18,925 nt of DNA from Rhodothermales bacterium. Its GTDB lineage: Bacteria; Bacteroidota; Rhodothermia; Rhodothermales; VXPQ01. The stretch covers positions 1-18,925 of the forward strand of contig JBBDTI010000078.1 of assembly GCA_040904565.1 (NCBI GenBank). The letters are read 5' to 3'. A program made the translations under genes and the position numbers. Shown piece by piece: positions 6,681 to 15,062 of this stretch. The first letter of the stretch is position 1. Each line of letters opens with the position of its first letter. A model generated the notes under the pieces. The model had not been told where the DNA came from. It did not search any database and was given only the letters and a program-made list of their open reading frames with translations.

Positions 6681-9152
6681 CTATCTGGGTGAACGAAGGA
6701 CAGCCTGGTGGAGCACCCGCTCGTCCGCCAGCTCCGACGGGTCGACCGGATTCAACAGTTCGTAATACTCAAAATCCAGATACGTCGACAGATGCGCATC
6801 ATAATACCGGCTGAACGGGTTGCCGCTCTGTCCACCCGGATACACGCCCAGGCCCCGCGGTCGATCTCCCGAAAAGTCGACCACGACTCGCCAGCTCGCG
6901 CTGTGTGTGGCCAGCGTATCCGAGGCCGGAGAGAGCGTCTCGTCGTAGCCCGGATAGGAGAACGGCCCCCGGCCCAGGGGCTCCAGCGCCTCCACGAGAT
7001 GATTGAAGCGGATCTTGTGGCGACGCCCCCATACCCGCCTTTCCTCCGCCGTCCCATAACGGCGATCGAGGCGAGCCGCCGCCGAATCCAGCGCGGCACG
7101 CAGGAGCCCGGCCGCATCCTCGCGTTCCGGCGTCGAGACGACGTCCAACCACGACGAACGCTTTGCCTCGGTAAGCAGGTGATAGATGCGGCTCTCGTCG
7201 GGTTTGGGTACGTTCATCGAACGCCGCGGCGAGTCGCCCGCCGCCGTCACGTGGGCCGCATCGAACTCGGGTTCGTCCCAGGTAAGCTCCTCGAGTACAT
7301 CCAGAAAAAAGTGAAGCTCGATCGGCTCCAGGCGTTCGACAACCATCTCGCCATCCCACGCAACCAGCCGATCCCGAAGCGCGCCGCCGGCGCCCGAGAC
7401 GCCGCGCAGCGTATCGAGCAGCGGCGCGAAGAAGTCGTGCTGCACGGCGTGGACGTCGGACTGATAGGCGCGCATCTCTACGATCCCGTGCGACGTCCGG
7501 CTTCGCAGCAGCGAGTCGATACGAATGGACCGATACGGCCGGCCCCAGTCGTGTCCGAGATAGTGGGGATAGGATGCGTCCGTGGGCTTCTGATTCGTCG
7601 AGGCCAGAAATCCGGTAGCCGGATTCACGGCATACGGCAGCTCGTCGAACGGCACTCTCCCCGTCCACCTCCCCTCCCGCGATGCGCCGTCGAGGAGGCC
7701 GATTCCATCGCCGCGAGCCCGCACGGGCAGGTGTCCGGTCGAGCGGATGCTTGCGATGCCCCCTCGATCCGCATACAGAATATTCTGCATGGGCGTATCC
7801 CATTTTCGGAGAGCGCGCTGAAACGACGCGTGATCGCTTGCCTGGTTCATCTCCCAGAGCGCAGCCAGCGTGCGGCTCGTATCGTGTGCCGTCCACTGTA
7901 TGGCCACCCACGACGCTCCATCGTTCGTCACGGGGCCCCAGTGCGATACGTACGACGTATCGACCACGGACGAACCCCGCAGCACGTCGATCGTATCCAC
8001 GACGACGTCCAGATCACGGAGCGTGCCCTCGAATCGATACGTCAGATCCGTCACATCGACGTCGAGTCGGTAGTGATCGATCTGATCCGAGCCCGTATTC
8101 GTGAAGGTCCAGCCCAGATCGTCGTTGAACGCCTCCACCGGGAGGGGTGCGCCCGGGACCGTCACCCCGTACACATTCATCGAAGGCGTTACGAGATGCA
8201 CCTCAAACCAGATAGCCGGCAGGGTAACGGACAGGTGCATGTCACCGGCGAGGATCGGCCGCCCCGTTGCGGAGCGGCTCCCGAAGACGGCCCAGTTGTT
8301 CGAGCCCTTTCCTAGCACGAATCCTTCTAGAAGCGGCGATATCTCGGAGAGCCCCTTACGGTTAGCAACGAAGACGGACTCTGCTGTCGCCCCCGTCGTC
8401 GCGGTACGATCGAAAATGTCTCCCGAGCCGCCGACTATCGGGACGGCGTACGCGGGGTCGTGTGGATAGAGCAGATGGTACGCCTCGTCGCCCAGGCGGC
8501 GTCGAAGAACGCCGTACCCCGGATCGTCCGTCCCGTAGATCAAATCGTAATTCATGTACTGCAGCACCCGCAGCGCCTGGATGGGCGTGCATGGATCGGG
8601 CCGGTAGCCCAGCAATCGAAATTCGAACGGGAGATCGGCCGGGCCGAGCGTCTCCATATAGGCGTTCACACCCCGGCAGAACGCCTCCATGATCGACAGC
8701 TCCATGCCGTCGGCGGCACGGATGCGCTCGAGATTGCGCTGCGCGGCGCGCTCCATGCCTGTCCCTCGCAAGAAGCGATCGGCGGGAAGAGCGGCCGCAC
8801 CGAGGGCCGCTGCCAGTCGGCCCGACGCCGCCCGCGGAATGAAGTCCATCTGAAAGAGTCGCTCACGCGCGACGACGTAGCCCAGCGCCGCGACGCCGTC
8901 CAGATCCGACCGGGCAAAGAGATGAGGCACGCGGCGGTCGTCCCAGATCACCCGCACGGGTGCCTGCAGACCGGGCACGTCGATTTCGGATGGCGGTGCG
9001 GCGTCGGCCGTTCGCGCGGTACGATAGAGTCCGTCAGCCGGATCCAGCAGCACTCCGAGTGGCGGCAGGCCCGTCACGCGGGTTCCGAGGACGACGAGGA
9101 GCGCCGCCGCGAGCCCTCCGTAGAGTAAGAACAGGAGAACGTTCCTTCGCAT
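6681..9152 (-). CDS. Penicillin acylase family Ntn hydrolase (peptidase S45), N-terminally anchored/exported
   Basis: RLFQMD, beta-chain start G|SNNWAV (Ser nucleophile), PILAGDMHL, QNILYAD, STNQK, YPGGQSGNPFSRYY. Start reassigned to ATG 9152 (MRRNVLL followed by a hydrophobic helix), 4 nt after the parA stop. Confidence 0.92.
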   Translation of the reverse strand: MRRNVLLFLLYGGLAAALLVVLGTRVTGLPPLGVLLDPADGLYRTARTADAAPPSEIDVPGLQAPVRVIWDDRRVPHLFARSDLDGVAALGYVVARERLFQMDFIPRAASGRLAAALGAAALPADRFLRGTGMERAAQRNLERIRAADGMELSIMEAFCRGVNAYMETLGPADLPFEFRLLGYRPDPCTPIQALRVLQYMNYDLIYGTDDPGYGVLRRRLGDEAYHLLYPHDPAYAVPIVGGSGDIFDRTATTGATAESVFVANRKGLSEISPLLEGFVLGKGSNNWAVFGSRSATGRPILAGDMHLSVTLPAIWFEVHLVTPSMNVYGVTVPGAPLPVEAFNDDLGWTFTNTGSDQIDHYRLDVDVTDLTYRFEGTLRDLDVVVDTIDVLRGSSVVDTSYVSHWGPVTNDGASWVAIQWTAHDTSRTLAALWEMNQASDHASFQRALRKWDTPMQNILYADRGGIASIRSTGHLPVRARGDGIGLLDGASREGRWTGRVPFDELPYAVNPATGFLASTNQKPTDASYPHYLGHDWGRPYRSIRIDSLLRSRTSHGIVEMRAYQSDVHAVQHDFFAPLLDTLRGVSGAGGALRDRLVAWDGEMVVERLEPIELHFFLDVLEELTWDEPEFDAAHVTAAGDSPRRSMNVPKPDESRIYHLLTEAKRSSWLDVVSTPEREDAAGLLRAALDSAAARLDRRYGTAEERRVWGRRHKIRFNHLVEALEPLGRGPFSYPGYDETLSPASDTLATHSASWRVVVDFSGDRPRGLGVYPGGQSGNPFSRYYDAHLSTYLDFEYYELLNPVDPSELADERVLHQAVLRSPR

Positions 9153-9156
9153 CGAG

Positions 9157-9999
9157 TCAGGAACCCACCTTGCGCAGGTGCCCCCCGCTTCGAGGTTCCA
9201 CGCCGCCGGCCGAATCCGCCCCGGCGGAGGCTGTTCCAGGCTCTCCGACCTCCATCCTGCCCAGCAGTTCGTCCGTCGCGTTGGCGTAATCTCGTGCACC
9301 TCGTGACCGCGGATCGTTATCGAACGCGGTGGAGCCGTCGGAGTGCGTCTCGGCGACGGCCGTACTGGTGCGGACGATGCTCCTCATGACCCGACTCCCG
9401 TATTTCGTACGCAGATACTGCCGGTATCGGCGGTGGCTCTTCTTGCGGAAGTCTACCTGCGTGAAAAGAAACGAGGCTTCCTGCAGATCGGGATTGAGCC
9501 GCTGGCGTATCAGACCGGCCGTGCGCTCGGTCTGTTCCGCACCGACGATCGGTTGATACTCGGGCGTCACGGGAATCAAGACATGATCGCTTGCCACCAG
9601 CGCGTTCAGGCTGTACACTGTGACGGCCGCCGCGGTATCGAACAAGACGATGTCGTAATCGACTCCGGCGTTCAGCGACTCTCTGGCCCAGTATACGTCC
9701 GTCGGCTTATTAAGGCGGCGCATGAGGCGGGTCAGTCCACGCGAGGACGGGATGAGATCGAAATTGACGAGAGAGTGCGCGGGGATATCCCGCAGACCGA
9801 CCTCTCCGTCGAAGATCATGGCCGACGAACAGATGTCGGGAGGCTCGTCCACCCCGAGCATGTGCGTCAGGAAGCACTGCGGATCGAGATCGACGACGAG
9901 CGTACGGTACCCGCTCATCCCCATGGCCGCGGCCATATGGATGACGGAGGTCGTCTTCCCAGTGCCCCCTTTATGATTGCAAACGGTTACTACGGTCAT
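9157..9999 (-). CDS. ParA/Soj/MinD family ATPase (orphan, no adjacent parB)
   Basis: Deviant Walker A NHKGGTGKTT, LVVDLDPQ, NALVASD, C-terminal GARDY. Start reassigned to ATG 9999 (MTVVTVCN). Confidence 0.9.
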   Translation of the reverse strand: MTVVTVCNHKGGTGKTTSVIHMAAAMGMSGYRTLVVDLDPQCFLTHMLGVDEPPDICSSAMIFDGEVGLRDIPAHSLVNFDLIPSSRGLTRLMRRLNKPTDVYWARESLNAGVDYDIVLFDTAAAVTVYSLNALVASDHVLIPVTPEYQPIVGAEQTERTAGLIRQRLNPDLQEASFLFTQVDFRKKSHRRYRQYLRTKYGSRVMRSIVRTSTAVAETHSDGSTAFDNDPRSRGARDYANATDELLGRMEVGEPGTASAGADSAGGVEPRSGGHLRKVGS

Positions 10000-10031
10000 G
10001 GCGGATCGAGAACAGTGCGGCAAGTTTAAGG

Positions 10032-10060
10032 AAATTACCACCCGACCCTCACCGAGTCAA
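10032..10060 (-). promoter_or_regulatory. Putative sigma70-type promoter for parA-acylase-transporter
   Basis: Minus strand TTGACT-N17-TAATTT with an extended -10 TGG immediately before the -10 box, in an AT-rich patch of the divergent intergenic region. Confidence 0.4.
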
Positions 10061-10104
10061 ATCGCAGCACGTTCGTGATGCCGCTCACCTCATCATTCGC
10101 TTCA

Positions 10105-11652
10105 ATGCCGCATCGAACGCGGCGCGCCGTCGCCGTGATTTCGTCAGGCGTACTGCTGGGCCTGAGCTTTCCGCCATTTCCGCCGGCACCGCTAGCCTGG
10201 ATCGCTCTCGTTCCCCTGTGCTCTCTGTGGCTGGAGCGCCGATCCGGTCGCGCGGCGTTCGTCGACGCCTACGTGGCGTTCCTCGTCACCTTCGGGATCG
10301 CCTTTCACTGGCCGCTCTTCCACGTCGACGCCGACACGGCGCTTCTCTCCCTTCCCGTGCTGCTCGTCATTCCAATGTGGATGGCGGTTCCATTCGGACT
10401 TTCCGCCGTCCTCAAGCAGCGACTGGGTCCGGCCGCCGCGCTGGTCGGCCTGACGGCACTCTACGTGGTCATGGAATGGGGACTGCGACGCGGACCGCTT
10501 GCCTTCCCGTGGACGCTGCTCGGCCACACGCAGTCCAACCTGGCGCCAATCCATACCCTGGCGCGTTACGGCGGCGTCCCGCTGCTTACCCTGTTCGTTC
10601 TGTGCTTCAACCTCTTCATGTTGACGCTGGTGATACGAATAAAGGGCATGCGCCTGCCGACGGCGGCGATCGTCGCCGCTCTCGGCGCCCTGGCGCTCCT
10701 CGCCCCGCCGGCCGATGAATCGGGACGGAAGGTCGGCGTGGGACTCATCCAGCCCGCCATTTCGGCCGACGCGTGGGCCGACCTCGGCGATCGACGGAGA
10801 GTGGACGTCCTCCTTACACTTTCCGATACGCTCGCCGCCGCCGCCCGTGCCGATTCGACCGAGCGGCCCGGCGCTCCCTCACGACTCGATCTCATCGTGT
10901 GGCCGGAAACGGCACTTCCGCCGGGCGACGCCCGGTCCCGGGCGCTCGTCCGACGGTGGGTCGAACGCTACGAGACACCCATCCTATCAGGTGCCATCGA
11001 GGAATCCGCCGGCGGTGACGCTTATTTTAATACGGGCCTGCTTATACGTCCGGGCGGAACGACTTCGAGGTACCGCAAACGGCGTTTGGTTCCCTTTGCT
11101 GAGCACGTGCCGTTTCAGAATCGCTGGCCCTGGATTCGTGCGCTGGCGGTGCCTTCGGGCGGCGTCGCCGGCTACGCACAGGGTTCCAGCGATGAGCCGA
11201 TGGAGATCTCGAGCGTACGATTCGGCGTAGTTATTTGCTTCGAAACCCTCTTCGATGACATCGTAAGAGCATACGCCCGCCGGGATGCCGGACTTATCGT
11301 CGCGATCACGCAGGACGGCTGGTGGGGTGACTCCTTCGGATATCGGCAGCATCTTGCCTTTACGCGGCTCCGAGCCATCGAGGTCGGACGTCCGATCGTA
11401 CAGGTATCGGTGTCGGGGCACTCCGCCATCATTCTGTCGGACGGCTCCGTGCGCGGGCGCCTCGATTGGATGGAGCGACGGGCAGCGAGCGGGACGGTGG
11501 CCCTCGGCGGCGGATCGACGCCGTACGTCCGAGCCGGGGACTGGCTCTCGCCGCTCGCGCTCCTGGTAGCGGTGCTCCTTGCCGCAGCCGGCGCGGTCCG
11601 TCGTCCGACGGCACGGGCACGAGACGATGCCAACCACACTTTTAACTCCTAG
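10105..11652 (+). CDS. lnt: Apolipoprotein N-acyltransferase
   Basis: N-terminal TM bundle, FPWTLLGHTQ, nitrilase-fold triad WPET (E), YRKRRLVPFAE (K), ICFE (C), then QHL...RAIE. Start uncertain (10075, 10078 or 10105). Confidence 0.9.
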   Translation: MPHRTRRAVAVISSGVLLGLSFPPFPPAPLAWIALVPLCSLWLERRSGRAAFVDAYVAFLVTFGIAFHWPLFHVDADTALLSLPVLLVIPMWMAVPFGLSAVLKQRLGPAAALVGLTALYVVMEWGLRRGPLAFPWTLLGHTQSNLAPIHTLARYGGVPLLTLFVLCFNLFMLTLVIRIKGMRLPTAAIVAALGALALLAPPADESGRKVGVGLIQPAISADAWADLGDRRRVDVLLTLSDTLAAAARADSTERPGAPSRLDLIVWPETALPPGDARSRALVRRWVERYETPILSGAIEESAGGDAYFNTGLLIRPGGTTSRYRKRRLVPFAEHVPFQNRWPWIRALAVPSGGVAGYAQGSSDEPMEISSVRFGVVICFETLFDDIVRAYARRDAGLIVAITQDGWWGDSFGYRQHLAFTRLRAIEVGRPIVQVSVSGHSAIILSDGSVRGRLDWMERRAASGTVALGGGSTPYVRAGDWLSPLALLVAVLLAAAGAVRRPTARARDDANHTFNS

Positions 11653-11653
11653 C

Positions 11654-11680
11654 TCATGAAACTTACGTCATGAAACTTAC
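11654..11680 (+). repeat. Tandem 13-bp direct repeat TCATGAAACTTAC x2 (14-bp period) covering the maf start; creates mini-ORF MKLTS* at 11656-11673
   Basis: Read directly: TCATGAAACTTAC-G-TCATGAAACTTAC. Confidence 0.9.
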
Positions 11681-12275
11681 CGTGCCCTTCGTACTCGCCT
11701 CACGGTCCCCCCGTCGCCGGCGCCTTCTCGAGCGCATCGGCATGCGCTTCGAGGTGGACGCCAGTGACGTGGACGAGGACCTACCGGACGGACGTTCTCC
11801 GGACGAGCTCGTCCGAGCCCTCGCCGAGCGCAAGGCCCGCATTGTCGCCCCCCGGCACGTCGACGCCCTCATCATGGGTGCGGATACCGTGGTCGTGTTC
11901 GAGGGGTCCGTCCTCGGTAAGCCGGCGGATCCGCGGGAGGCCGCCGAGATGCTGCACCGGCTCAGCGAGGCCACGCACACCGTCTATACAGGAATCGCTC
12001 TCGTCCATCCTGCCACAAATCGTACCGTCTCGGCGTATGAATCGACTCGAGTGACCTTTGGTCCGCTGGATCCCGACGAGATAGCCGCATATGTTTCGTC
12101 CGGTTCGCCGATGGACAAGGCCGGCGGCTACGGCATCCAGGACGATCGCGGTGCGTTGTTCGTACGCCGGATAGAGGGAGACTATTACAATGTCGTCGGT
12201 CTCCCGCTGCATCGGTTCTACCGGATGATGAAGCGTGATTTTTCAGACTTGCTGGCTTGCGACTATCTCGCCTAG
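11670..12275 (+). CDS. maf: Maf family nucleoside triphosphate pyrophosphatase (YhdE/Maf type)
   Basis: LASRSPRR, GADTVV, LGKP, DKAGGYGIQ, NVVGLP. Confidence 0.95.
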   Translation: MKLTVPFVLASRSPRRRRLLERIGMRFEVDASDVDEDLPDGRSPDELVRALAERKARIVAPRHVDALIMGADTVVVFEGSVLGKPADPREAAEMLHRLSEATHTVYTGIALVHPATNRTVSAYESTRVTFGPLDPDEIAAYVSSGSPMDKAGGYGIQDDRGALFVRRIEGDYYNVVGLPLHRFYRMMKRDFSDLLACDYLA

Positions 12276-12281
12276 GAACTC

Positions 12282-13028
12282 ATGCCCGATTTGAACGACG
12301 TGCGCATCCTGCTCGTCCAGGCCCGAAGTGCGCGGGACATCGTGATTCAGGAGCAGGAATGCTTCCAGGAACGCTGCAGAATTCGTCTGGAGCAGATTCG
12401 GACCGTAAACGTGCTGTCGGACCGGCTCGACGAAGAGGCGCTGGGCCGGGCCGATGCACTCATGATCGGCGGAGCCGGAGAGTTCTCGGCGGTGGACGAC
12501 TATCCCTGGATGGCAGAGATGCTGGAACTGGTTCGGATGGCCTACAGGCGCCGGCTTCCGACGTTCGGCTCATGCTGGGGGCACCAGATCATCGCTCGGG
12601 CTCTGGGCGGCCGCGTCGTGAACGATTCCGAACTTGCGGAGATGGGCTGCCATTCCGTATTGCTCACGCCGGCAGGGATGGAGGATCCGCTTTTGGGCGC
12701 CTTCCCGCAGCGGTTTCTCGCCAACATGGGCCATCACGACCGCGTCGTCGAGCTGCCCGCAGAGGGCATCGAGCTCGCGTATTCCGAAACGCAGCGCTAT
12801 CAGGCGTTCCGCATTGCCGGCCGGCCCATGTACGGCACCCAGTTTCACAGCGAACTGGATGCGGAGCGGGAGCGAGAACGGCTGCACAGGTATCGAGAAC
12901 ATTATCCCGAAATCGCGGCTGACGCCACGTTTCAATCCGTGCTGGACAATCTAGCCGAGACCAGCGAGGTCGATCACCTCCTCCACGACTTCCTGCTCAA
13001 ATACGTTATCGAGGACCGGAATGGGTAG
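12282..13028 (+). CDS. Stand-alone type 1 glutamine amidotransferase (GMP-synthase-like GATase / gamma-glutamyl peptidase-like)
   Basis: IGGAG oxyanion strand, nucleophile elbow FGSCWGHQ, GHHDRV, QFHSE (His-x-Glu). AGGA lies upstream of the ATG. Confidence 0.88.
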   Translation: MPDLNDVRILLVQARSARDIVIQEQECFQERCRIRLEQIRTVNVLSDRLDEEALGRADALMIGGAGEFSAVDDYPWMAEMLELVRMAYRRRLPTFGSCWGHQIIARALGGRVVNDSELAEMGCHSVLLTPAGMEDPLLGAFPQRFLANMGHHDRVVELPAEGIELAYSETQRYQAFRIAGRPMYGTQFHSELDAERERERLHRYREHYPEIAADATFQSVLDNLAETSEVDHLLHDFLLKYVIEDRNG

Positions 13029-13911
13029 ACATACAGCGGTTGGACTCGTACAGATGCGATGCGGCGAGGACCCCGACGAGAACGTAGCGCGCGCCGTCCG
13101 CATGGCGAAGGAAGCGGCAGATTGCGCGGCCTCCCTGATCTGTCTGCCTGAACTCTTCCGCACGCCGTATTTCTGCAAATCCGAAGACCACGCCGCCTTC
13201 GCTCTGGCGGAAAGCATACCCGGGCCAACCACGCGCGTTTTCGAAGCGATCGCCGCAGAAAAGGATGTGACCATCCTGGTCAGCCTATTCGAGAAGCGGG
13301 CGGGCGGACTCTACCACAACACCCTCGCGGTCGTCGATCGGGACAAGGGTTATGTGGGTCGCTATCGCAAGATGCACATTCCGGACGATCCGCTTTTCTA
13401 CGAGAAGTTTTATTTCACTCCCGGCGATCTCGGCTTTCAGGCGTTCGATGCGGCCGAAGCACGATTCGGCACGCTCATCTGCTGGGACCAGTGGTATCCG
13501 GAAGCTGCGCGCCTGACGGCGCTGCGAGGCGCCGAAATTCTGTTTTATCCCACCGCCATCGGGTGGCTGCCGTCCGAGAAAACGGAACGAGGCGAAACCC
13601 AGCGGGAGGCCTGGGAGCTCATCCAGCGTTCTCACGCCGTCGCGAACGGATGTTACTGCGTCGCGGTAAACCGCGTGGGCTTCGAGCCCGCCCCATCCGG
13701 CAGTCAGGAAGAGGGAATCGAGTTCTGGGGAGGAAGCTTCGTAGTCGGACCCGACGGTCGGCTGCTCGCCCGCGCCTCATCGGACGAAGAGGAGATCCTC
13801 GTCGTCGACCTGGATCTGGAGGCTGTAGAGCGGCATCGTATCGAATGGCCGTTTCTGCGAGATCGGCGTATTGACGCGTATGACAACCTATCGCGGCGCT
13901 ACATCGATTAA
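13021..13911 (+). CDS. aguB: Carbon-nitrogen hydrolase, N-carbamoylputrescine amidase
   Basis: Triad CLPELF, YRKMHIPDDP, ICWDQWYPE; also YEKFYF, YPTAIGW, FLRDRR. Coupled to the agmatine deiminase gene by a TAATG overlap. Confidence 0.85.
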   Translation: MGRHTAVGLVQMRCGEDPDENVARAVRMAKEAADCAASLICLPELFRTPYFCKSEDHAAFALAESIPGPTTRVFEAIAAEKDVTILVSLFEKRAGGLYHNTLAVVDRDKGYVGRYRKMHIPDDPLFYEKFYFTPGDLGFQAFDAAEARFGTLICWDQWYPEAARLTALRGAEILFYPTAIGWLPSEKTERGETQREAWELIQRSHAVANGCYCVAVNRVGFEPAPSGSQEEGIEFWGGSFVVGPDGRLLARASSDEEEILVVDLDLEAVERHRIEWPFLRDRRIDAYDNLSRRYID

Positions 13912-14960
13912 TGGGTAATTCCATGCACACCCCGTCACCCCGACCGACCGGATACCGGATGCCGGCGGAATGGGAGCCCCACGATTCCACATGGATCTCA
14001 TGGCCCCACAATCGAGATACGTGGCCCTATGAACTGGACCGGGTCGAACGGACGATCGCCCGCATCGTCTCCATCCTCTCGCGTTCCGAGCCCGTACGCA
14101 TCAACGTCGGCTCCGACGAAGTCCGGCGCCGAGCCCAACGCGCGCTCGACGACGTGGGTGCGGTCGGCGAAGTTCGCTTTCACGCCATACCCACGAATGA
14201 CGCGTGGGTACGCGACTATGGCCCTCTCTTCGTAGTGTCCCCCGATCACGGCCTGGCGGCGACGTGTTGGGGCTTTAACAGCTGGGGCGAAAAATATCCT
14301 CCGTTCGATCTCGATGATGCGGCGGCCGAGAAAATGGCCGCGGCACTGGCCGTACCTCGCTTCGAAGCCGACATGATTCTCGAAGGCGGGTCGATCGATG
14401 TGAACGGACGCGGCGTCCTCCTTACAACGGAAAGCTGTCTTCTCAACCCGAATCGAAACCCATCGCTGGATAGAGATGAGATCGAGGAACGGCTCCGGAC
14501 GTATCTCGGTATCGATCAGGTGATCTGGCTGCACGAGGGGCTTACCGGTGACGACACGGACGGTCACGTCGACGACCTGGCGCGATTCGCGGACCCTCGA
14601 ACGGTCGTTGCCGCCGTCGAAGACGACAGCGCGTCTCCTGATTTCGGCGTCCTGCTGGAGAACCTGGACGTGCTCAGATCCGCCGAGACGGCGGCCGGAC
14701 CGCTGGAGATCATCGAGCTGCCCATGCCGTCGCCCGTCGTGGTGCGCGGCGAGCACATGCCCGCCACCTACGCCAATTTTTATATCGGCAACCGCACGGT
14801 ACTCGTACCGACGTTCGGGGATCAGAACGACGAGCAGGCGCTCTCGATCCTGCGGCGGTGCTTCCCGACGCGAGACATCGTCGGTGTCGACTGCTCAGAC
14901 GTGATAGGGGGGCTGGGTGCCATACACTGCCTCACACAGCAGGTGCCGTGGGCGCGGTAG
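13911..14960 (+). CDS. aguA: Agmatine deiminase (Porphyromonas-type PAD family)
   Basis: MPAEWEPH, NDAWVRDYGP, FNSWG, LEGGSID, DDTDGHVD, ATYANF, GAIHCLTQQ (catalytic Cys). Start could alternatively be 13923 or 13959. Confidence 0.93.
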   Translation: MGNSMHTPSPRPTGYRMPAEWEPHDSTWISWPHNRDTWPYELDRVERTIARIVSILSRSEPVRINVGSDEVRRRAQRALDDVGAVGEVRFHAIPTNDAWVRDYGPLFVVSPDHGLAATCWGFNSWGEKYPPFDLDDAAAEKMAAALAVPRFEADMILEGGSIDVNGRGVLLTTESCLLNPNRNPSLDRDEIEERLRTYLGIDQVIWLHEGLTGDDTDGHVDDLARFADPRTVVAAVEDDSASPDFGVLLENLDVLRSAETAAGPLEIIELPMPSPVVVRGEHMPATYANFYIGNRTVLVPTFGDQNDEQALSILRRCFPTRDIVGVDCSDVIGGLGAIHCLTQQVPWAR

Positions 14961-15015
14961 TCCGGAGCTCGCACCGGGTAATCCAGGGGACGCTTAATCA
15001 TCCAGTGGACGCATC

Positions 15016-15041
15016 CGCCGCCGTGAGCTCGACCGGCGGCG
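15016..15041. terminator. GC-rich hairpin between convergent aguA and HDOD genes (possible terminator or stabiliser; no U-tract)
   Basis: CGCCGCCG-tgagctcgac-CGGCGGCG, a perfect 8-bp stem. Confidence 0.3.
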
Positions 15042-15062
15042 TCGCGATCCAACGGAGCCACA

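Noticed and set aside
6708-8315. 535-aa plus-strand ORF (and similar 4116..5201, 17836..18570, 15195..15926, 13998..14756)
   Set aside because: Antisense shadows of well-supported genes; Arg-rich with no family motifs; expected in high-GC DNA.
9157-9999. Plasmid or prophage partition locus
   Set aside because: No parB, rep, integrase or phage genes; neighbours are housekeeping chromosomal genes.
10105-13911. Functional link between the two nitrilase-fold genes lnt and aguB
   Set aside because: Each has its own canonical family motifs; co-location in a mixed housekeeping operon is a sufficient explanation.
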